28,747 nucleotides of DNA from a virus (taxonomy: Duplodnaviria; Caudoviricetes). Location: positions 1 to 28,747 of IMG/VR virus record IMGVR_UViG_3300043442_000410; one strand, given 5' to 3'. Every line of letters starts with the position of its first letter. Position 1 is the stretch's first letter. The notes beneath the pieces are model-generated. The model was not told the origin of the DNA, did no database searches, and saw only the letters and a list, made by a program, of their open reading frames with translations. Of this stretch, positions 22,954 to 28,747 are shown piece by piece. A program made the position numbers and the translations under genes.

Positions 22954-25877
22954 CAGCTCATACCGAGGGCAATCCGGGCTGAGGGTGTGCGAAGTCGGGC
23001 GACAACGCCGCTGACCGTGCTACGCATTGCTGCCTCAAGGTCGGCAAGGGTAACATACTTGGTTCCATCAAACTCCACCACTGGGCCGGTGGTGATGTTG
23101 ATGTTTGTATCACTCATGCCAGATTGCGTAGATCCAGAATCTGCCGTGGGATTAAATGGATCGTAAGGTGTTTGCGTCGAAGTTAATGCTGTTTGAGATT
23201 GCATAGTAGCTACGTTAGCTTTTGCAAGTTCTTCTGGTGTAACGTAACCGGGTATTTTAGCTACTGCTGTGGCGGTAATTCTATCGACTGTTCCTGATGC
23301 ACTGCCTCCACCGCCAGTAGATCCGGTGGCGCTATTGAGTGCTTTTGAGTATTTTCCGGCGGCTATTGCTGCTGCTTCGGTCTCGTATTTCATGTTTGCA
23401 GCGTTAATAGCGGCGTTATATACGGCATCGGCGGCTTCCCATTGCGCCGCAGCAATAGCATTAGCTACACTTATATTGTCATTGGCTATCTGCAATCCAA
23501 TTTTTGCCGACGTAACGGCGTCATAGTGCGCTTGATTTGCAAGGTCCATGGCTTCAGCAAGTTTCAAAACAGTCATAGTTTCTTGTACTTTTAATTCCGC
23601 GGATCTTGCTGCTAAGGCTGCTCGCTGGACTTCTGCTGTAATCTGGGCTCTGGCTGCTTGGAGAGCAAACGCGGCATTAGCAATCTCTAGCCTTCGAATA
23701 CGTTCAAGAATCGCAAGACGAGCTTCTGTGGTCAAAGTTGTATTGAGTTGTGCTTGTAGGGTAGAAATAGCCGCATTGTTAATTTGAATGTAAGCGCCGG
23801 CCACCGAAGTTGTTACTTTCTCCATATTATTTACAGTGTTAAGCTGTAAATCAAGGTAACGCTGCGCCATCTGTGCCTGGCGAGCGTATTCCTGTGTATA
23901 GGCTGCCAGCGTTGCCATACGTCGTTCCAGTTCGGCCGTAGAAGCTAAAGCACTTGCGGTGGCAGCTGCTCCACGCAGTGTTTCTTCCGCGACAGCTTTT
24001 GTTGTTTCTAACTTACGTTGTGCTTCTTCGACACCCTTTTTATCAATTGTGGCTTGCTGTAAAGCAGCTTGAGCGGCTTCAACTTCTGCTTCAACCTGTC
24101 GCTTTGTAGCTTTATATTGGCTATCAGCAATAGCTGTTTTAAGGGAAGCAATTTCATTTATTGAGTTCAATTGTGCTTCCAGCGAGCCCGCTGCCTGCTG
24201 TTCTGCGGATGCAACTTGTAGACTTGCATTCAAACTTGCGCTATCTGCTGCTGAACGCGCAGCTTCGATTTGCTGCATAGATTGCATAGTGGCTACGCGC
24301 TTATTTAGTTCTGCCTGCAACTGCAGGGAAATTGCTAGTTTTTTACGTTCTTCTTCTGTAACTTTTGCAGAAGCAGCTGCGGCTTCTTCTTGCTTAGCGC
24401 GAAATTTATCTATCTCACTTGTACCAAGGCCCAGAAAATTTACAAGGCGACCTACTTGCTCTGCAATAAACTTAAAGACAGGATTGTTTAAAAGCTCTTT
24501 GAATTTGTTAATAACGGCCGCAAGAACAGGCGCAAAAGTTTTTAGAGCGCTAACCCACCTATTTGCAATCTGTATGCCTATATTTACTATAATATCTAAC
24601 ACTTTTTGCAGTGCTCCTTTAGGTAAAGCTTGTGCAACAGCATCTGCTACAGGCTGGATAGCACTTAAAAACGCAGGAATGGCCTTTTGAGCTAGATAAT
24701 TATAACCTGTAGCTACAGTATCTAAAGCAGTGACTAAGGCATTCCCGAGTACATCTAGAAGCGGCCCAAACAGTTTATTAGCTGCTGCGGTTAACGAGGA
24801 AAAGGCAGCTGATATTTTATCCAGTCCTGTTAAAACTTTTTCTTGGTTGCCTAGTTGAGTCAGTTGCGCCAGAAGTTGATCGACAGATATTCTGCCTTGT
24901 GCAGCCATTTGAATAACTGCGTCTTTACTTACGCCAAAACTCTTTGCTAGCGAGTCAACGATTTGTACGCCAGCCTTTGTGAGTTCGGTAAGAGTGCCGA
25001 CGCTGACTGTACCTGTTTTTCCAACTTCTTGGAGGGCGGCAGATACGGCGGTGATACTGCCTTTGTAGTTGGCTGAGACGGCCGCAGCCAGTTTGATGGC
25101 GGTAGCTTGCTGCTCGAAGGGGATGGCGATGTCGCGGATTTGATTTACTGACTGGGTAAATGTCTGGAGATCGACGCCAGATTGGCGGAAAGACTCTCCG
25201 AAACTTTCGGCGGCTGCGCCAGCGAGATCAAGGCTGGCGGCGAGTTTCTGGATCTGCTGGTCTGCGTCGGCAGCAGCGCCTACAGCTGTACCAACGATCG
25301 ATCCGGCGAAGCCTCCGGCTTGAGCACCGCCTGAACCGCCGAGTGCTCCGGCTGCGGAGCCTACAAGACCGCCGATTGCACCGCCGGTTGCAGCGCCAGC
25401 GCCCTGGCCGAACAGCAGCGGGAAGCCGCCGCCAATAACGGTGCTGCTGATAATGCCCGTGGCATCTATTCCGCCCTTTTTACCAGGGGCGCCGGGTTTA
25501 CCTGACGGAGGCAACGCCGGTCCCTGCATACCAAAGCCGGCGTCTGCTGTAGCTACAATTTTTCTTTGGAGAATTTCTTCTTTCTCAATTAATGCATTTA
25601 GACGTGTTTGGGCAGCAATTTGATTATTTTTAGCTTGTACAAGTTGTCTTACAGCCTGCAGTTCTTCTTGTGTACCTAATGCAGCAGCGTTTATGTTATT
25701 TACGGCTTTTGCAAGTAAAGCGTTATACGTGTTTAAGTTTTGGACGTTAAACCCCGCTTTAACTTGTTTAGTATTTAGTAGGTCTACTGTTGTAGCTACT
25801 TGATTAAGAGATTTTTGTAGCAGCCCAATTTGGCCTACGCCTACAACACCAATCTCAATAGTGGTTTTGTAGGACAC
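22953..25877 (-). CDS. Tape measure protein (974 aa, GTG start)
   Basis: Long Ala-rich helical protein after the chaperone genes; Gly-rich hydrophobic segment; LAKSFGVSKDAVIQMAAQGRISVD tape-measure motif. Confidence 0.92.
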   Translation of the reverse strand: MSYKTTIEIGVVGVGQIGLLQKSLNQVATTVDLLNTKQVKAGFNVQNLNTYNALLAKAVNNINAAALGTQEELQAVRQLVQAKNNQIAAQTRLNALIEKEEILQRKIVATADAGFGMQGPALPPSGKPGAPGKKGGIDATGIISSTVIGGGFPLLFGQGAGAATGGAIGGLVGSAAGALGGSGGAQAGGFAGSIVGTAVGAAADADQQIQKLAASLDLAGAAAESFGESFRQSGVDLQTFTQSVNQIRDIAIPFEQQATAIKLAAAVSANYKGSITAVSAALQEVGKTGTVSVGTLTELTKAGVQIVDSLAKSFGVSKDAVIQMAAQGRISVDQLLAQLTQLGNQEKVLTGLDKISAAFSSLTAAANKLFGPLLDVLGNALVTALDTVATGYNYLAQKAIPAFLSAIQPVADAVAQALPKGALQKVLDIIVNIGIQIANRWVSALKTFAPVLAAVINKFKELLNNPVFKFIAEQVGRLVNFLGLGTSEIDKFRAKQEEAAAASAKVTEEERKKLAISLQLQAELNKRVATMQSMQQIEAARSAADSASLNASLQVASAEQQAAGSLEAQLNSINEIASLKTAIADSQYKATKRQVEAEVEAAQAALQQATIDKKGVEEAQRKLETTKAVAEETLRGAAATASALASTAELERRMATLAAYTQEYARQAQMAQRYLDLQLNTVNNMEKVTTSVAGAYIQINNAAISTLQAQLNTTLTTEARLAILERIRRLEIANAAFALQAARAQITAEVQRAALAARSAELKVQETMTVLKLAEAMDLANQAHYDAVTSAKIGLQIANDNISVANAIAAAQWEAADAVYNAAINAANMKYETEAAAIAAGKYSKALNSATGSTGGGGSASGTVDRITATAVAKIPGYVTPEELAKANVATMQSQTALTSTQTPYDPFNPTADSGSTQSGMSDTNINITTGPVVEFDGTKYVTLADLEAAMRSTVSGVVARLRTPSARIALGMS

Positions 25878-25916
25878 TGCGTGGGCCGGTAGTCTGGTAC
25901 TTCAGTCTATCCTGTG

Positions 25917-25941
25917 AAAAAGCCGCCGGGTTAGCGGCGGC
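25917..25941 (-). terminator. Intrinsic terminator after the chaperone extension
   Basis: Minus strand GCCGCCG-CTAACC-CGGCGGC-TTTTT; the loop holds the TAA stop. Confidence 0.75.
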
Positions 25942-26125
25942 GTTTGGCCTTTTCGTAGGCGGCTTGCTCTGCGTCGCGGCAGATTTTGAAGTAGATGCTC
26001 CAGCCGACCAGTTCTTGGTCGGTCATGCGCTGGCGTAGCTCGGACAGCGTTAGGCCGAGTTTTTCGGCGACGTAGAACTGGGTCTGGATGTACGAGTCTT
26101 TTTTAAGCTCGTCTTCAAGCGCTTT
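25931..26125 (-). CDS. Tail assembly chaperone C-terminal extension (gpT-like), reached by frameshift
   Basis: KALEDELKKDSYIQTQFYVAEKLGLTLSELRQRMTDQELVGWSIYF...KAKRRR*. No start codon at its 5' end; +1 frame relative to 26115-26459. Confidence 0.8.
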   Translation of the reverse strand, partial: KALEDELKKDSYIQTQFYVAEKLGLTLSELRQRMTDQELVGWSIYFKICRDAEQAAYEKAKRRR

Positions 26126-26459
26126 TGGTGTCGATCTCTTCCGTGTCGTCGGTCAGGATCGCCAGCATCAACGTCTGGAGGTCTTTGTCCTTGACTTCGT
26201 TCTTGAGGACGTCGATTTCGCCGGGGCTGAACAATTTGGTGCCAGTGTCGTCGCAGGCTTTCTGGATCAGGAGTTGGAGGGCGAAGGCGGTGGCGTCGTC
26301 AGACTTGGCCTGTTTCTGGGCGCGTTCGCGCTCGGCCATTGTGAGAGGTGAGACCCACATTTCGAAGGTAGAGCCGTCGCTCAGTTCGACGGTCTTTTTG
26401 CTGGGCTCCAGGTTGGCAGCCTTGCGGAGACGGTCGATGGCGCGTGGGGCGGCAGCCAT
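26115..26459 (-). CDS. Tail assembly chaperone (gpG-like)
   Basis: Between tail tube and TMP; PLTMAER...KA.D..G.KLF pattern. Confidence 0.85.
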   Translation of the reverse strand: MAAAPRAIDRLRKAANLEPSKKTVELSDGSTFEMWVSPLTMAERERAQKQAKSDDATAFALQLLIQKACDDTGTKLFSPGEIDVLKNEVKDKDLQTLMLAILTDDTEEIDTKSA

Positions 26460-26502
26460 AATCTTGCACTTAAGACTGGCCTAGTGTAGCGCAATAGAAA
26501 AT

Positions 26503-26531
26503 AAAAAACCCAGCCTGGTGAGGGGCTGGGT
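26503..26531 (-). terminator. Intrinsic terminator after the tail tube gene
   Basis: Minus strand ACCCAGCC-N8-GGCTGGGT followed by TTTTTATTTT. Confidence 0.8.
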
Positions 26532-26557
26532 GCTGAATCGACTGCCCGAGCAGACTA

Positions 26558-27325
26558 TCAGGACTTGGACAGATCGAAGGTGGGGGCTTCGGTGGGACGG
26601 AAAGCAATTTCCACGCTCTGGCCGTCGTCCGGGTTCACCGTCAGGCTGGCCGAAGTCAGGATCACAGGGACGGTGATCGAGCGGCTCAGGGTTTCGTTGA
26701 CGGTGCCGCCGCTGCTCACACGGTCGATGTACAGCTTCACCGTGGCGCCAGTCTGATACCGCTGGATCACGTCTTGGATCATGCGGTTCGAGAGGCTGGC
26801 ATCCTCATCGGTGGTGTACACGGTGGCAGAGCCAGAGCCGTCAGCAAAGCCGGTGATGTAGGTGCGGAAAGGGGTGTACTGGCCGCTCTCTTGACCGATG
26901 GTGGTGACGTCGATCTCGCTGCGAGTAATTTCGAAGCTCCACTCGCGGACAGATCCGATCAGGGCCGGGGCGCCGTAATACACCTCGAAAGCGTTGGGGG
27001 CAACAGCTGTACCATCGTCGGTGATGGCAACGCTGGAACCGCCAGACGTGGCAGATACCTGCAGGGCGCCAGTGGCAGCGGTGTAGCTGATGACGTAGTA
27101 GACCGTACCAGCAGTAAGGCCCGCAGGCAGGGTGCCGGTACCAGCGGCGCCGGTTTCGGTGTTAACGACCTGGAACTTGACGGGATCGCCAACCTTGAAG
27201 TTCAGGTAGGTGCCGACAGTGATGATGTCGGTGGTGGCGTTGACGTTAAGCTCGGTGAAGGTGGACTTGGTGCCCGCAGGGCTGTAGTACAGGGCGCCGG
27301 AGGTGCCCGAGAGAACGGTGGCCAT
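26558..27325 (-). CDS. Major tail (tube) protein with inserted accessory domain
   Basis: VREWSFEITRSEIDVTTIG...RTYITGFADGSGSA tube motif; located before the chaperone and followed by a terminator. Confidence 0.88.
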   Translation of the reverse strand: MATVLSGTSGALYYSPAGTKSTFTELNVNATTDIITVGTYLNFKVGDPVKFQVVNTETGAAGTGTLPAGLTAGTVYYVISYTAATGALQVSATSGGSSVAITDDGTAVAPNAFEVYYGAPALIGSVREWSFEITRSEIDVTTIGQESGQYTPFRTYITGFADGSGSATVYTTDEDASLSNRMIQDVIQRYQTGATVKLYIDRVSSGGTVNETLSRSITVPVILTSASLTVNPDDGQSVEIAFRPTEAPTFDLSKS

Positions 27326-27399
27326 TGGTAGTACCTATGGGGACGTGGACGCGGGCACTGCCCGGCTTAATACAGGTTAGCTCCAGTCATCTCGGAGTA

Positions 27400-27867
27400 T
27401 TAAGCGATCACAGTTGCCTGGAATCCGGCTTCAATACGAGAGATAAAGAATGGCGTAAATGCACGACGCGATTGTTGATCTGGGACGTTTCCAGAGAAGT
27501 TGGGGCTAAAGGTGGGGCCGTCAATCGAGCCGGTGCGGAGATAGATGCCGCTGGAGGGTTTGGGGGTGTTGTTGATTGTTTGGAGAGTATTGAAGGCAAT
27601 ATCGACGAGTTCTTGGTTGCGGGCGGGGCCGCGACCTTTTGGGGTGTAGGCGCGGATGACAACTACGCCACGCACGTAGTTGTGGTTGGAAGTCAGACCG
27701 GCTTCGGTGGTGAGGCCGAATTGGATATTGACGTGGACATACTCTTCGGCGCTATCGGCGCCATCGTTCATCACGTTGTCGAAGTAGACCGGGACCGCCG
27801 GAACGAGGTTGTTGTAGGCCGTAAGGAGCGGAGACTCCAGCACAGCGCGGATGGCTTGGTAGTTCAT
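27400..27867 (-). CDS. Tail terminator / tail completion protein
   Basis: PVYFDN...RGVVVIRAYTPKGRG pattern; directly upstream of the tube gene. Confidence 0.75.
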   Translation of the reverse strand: MNYQAIRAVLESPLLTAYNNLVPAVPVYFDNVMNDGADSAEEYVHVNIQFGLTTEAGLTSNHNYVRGVVVIRAYTPKGRGPARNQELVDIAFNTLQTINNTPKPSSGIYLRTGSIDGPTFSPNFSGNVPDQQSRRAFTPFFISRIEAGFQATVIA

Positions 27868-28391
27868 CGGGTAGTCCGCATGGCGATCTCAATAGTCTTA
27901 TCGATATAGCCACCTTTTACATAGAGACTGAACCAGTCGAATGGTGCTGTACGAGTATTACTGCCCGCACCCTTTAGTAGACCACGCAAACTTTGCTGAC
28001 GCTTGCCGCGTGTAAGCGGTTTTAGTGGAGTCGTACCAGGGTTAATGAATACACCCGGTTCTAGGTCGGTCGCTATGTCTGCGTAGTCGGCAAAGTTACT
28101 AATAACGAAGACAACTTTATTTACACCCAAGAATGAAGTGGTTACCTGTAAACCTGTTAGTGCCGGAGTGTAAATGGGGAGAGGCTTACCCGGAGAACCT
28201 GTGCCTCGCGTAAGTGCGGTAGGTGTCTTAATCTGCCACGAATTAGAGAATCTACCGCTCCAAGCAGGGCCTCTTTCCTGTAGGTCTCTGACAATACGCT
28301 CTGCGGCGGCTTTGGGACCGTTATAGATAGTAGTCGCAAAAATTTTATCAGCGTCTTTTAATAAGTCTCGGATTCCGTTGCGTCTAGCCAT
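27864..28391 (-). CDS. HK97 gp10-like neck/tail component
   Basis: GPAWSGRFSNSW and ISNFADYA match the gp10-like P..TG.L..SW / I.N...YA pattern; synteny. Confidence 0.7.
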   Translation of the reverse strand: MARRNGIRDLLKDADKIFATTIYNGPKAAAERIVRDLQERGPAWSGRFSNSWQIKTPTALTRGTGSPGKPLPIYTPALTGLQVTTSFLGVNKVVFVISNFADYADIATDLEPGVFINPGTTPLKPLTRGKRQQSLRGLLKGAGSNTRTAPFDWFSLYVKGGYIDKTIEIAMRTTR

Positions 28392-28747
28392 TACTGGGGC
28401 CTCGCAATGATGGTGTGGTATATGGGGGCGTCGCCGCGAATTGTTTTGGTGTTGATGATGCGGGCGGTTTTTGTGTTGCCGCTGTCGGTGTATTCAATAC
28501 GATCGCGGATGCTAGGCACGTATGCTCCAAGCTCGGCGTTGCCGATGATGAGTTTTAGATCGGTTGTTTGATATGCGCTATCAAACTCTTCCGGGTTAAC
28601 TTGGGTAATGAAGGCGCGAACAGTGAGGGAGGTTTCGGCGCCGTAAACCTGACCGGTGGTTGGGTTATAGACCTCAGTTTCGGCCGCTTTGATGTATGTG
28701 ACGTTCTGGCCCCAGTCGGCTAGGAGCGTGGCGGGGATGGCGGCAAA
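28391..28747 (-). CDS. Head closure/head-tail joining protein (5' truncated by the window edge), not in ORF track
   Basis: Open frame FAAIPATLLADWGQNVTY...YNPTTG...TDLKLII...HTIIARPQ*; TAATG overlap with the next gene. Confidence 0.7.
   Translation of the reverse strand, partial: FAAIPATLLADWGQNVTYIKAAETEVYNPTTGQVYGAETSLTVRAFITQVNPEEFDSAYQTTDLKLIIGNAELGAYVPSIRDRIEYTDSGNTKTARIINTKTIRGDAPIYHTIIARPQ

Noticed and set aside
26097-26106. T TAA AAA AG run as the tail chaperone slippery site
   Set aside because: It lies downstream of the chaperone stop codon (26115-26117), so ribosomes in the chaperone frame never reach it.
1-28747. tRNA/rRNA genes, integrase, att site, IS elements, photosynthesis genes
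   Set aside because: None recognised. Intergenic gaps are about 100 nt or less and none showed a cloverleaf, so lifestyle and host cannot be fixed from this window.

Overview
The window is part of a tailed dsDNA phage genome of siphovirus type. A cyanobacterial (Synechococcus/Cyanobium-like) host is my inference from gene content and the -10-only, SD-poor late-gene leaders. Two arms converge at 13296-13299. The + arm (1-13.3 kb) carries replication and nucleotide genes: an AEP primase-polymerase/AAA helicase fusion, about 20 small translationally coupled ORFs, dCTP deaminase, DUF3310-like protein, ThyX, an NrdR-like Zn ribbon and a family A DNA polymerase. The - arm (28.7-13.3 kb) carries late genes: head-tail connectors, tail terminator, tail tube, tail chaperone, tape measure, hub/tip, accessory tail proteins and a lysis module with a GH73 + C39-like endolysin. 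Four signals stand out. (1) A 46-aa holin-like gene ends in a perfect C-CCA-AAG -1 slippery heptamer followed by a hairpin, leading into a start-less frame that fills the gap to the endolysin. (2) A small-gene cassette array (4.6-7.3 kb) is built from shared 17-33 bp DNA blocks that act as stop/RBS/start joints. (3) An exactly dyad-symmetric GGACA/TGTCC array inside the 3' end of the primase-helicase gene is a candidate origin. (4) The gpT-like extension of the tail chaperone lies in the +1 rather than the canonical -1 frame. No tRNA, rRNA, CRISPR array, integrase or reverse transcriptase was recognised. All family calls come from motif recognition, not database searches.
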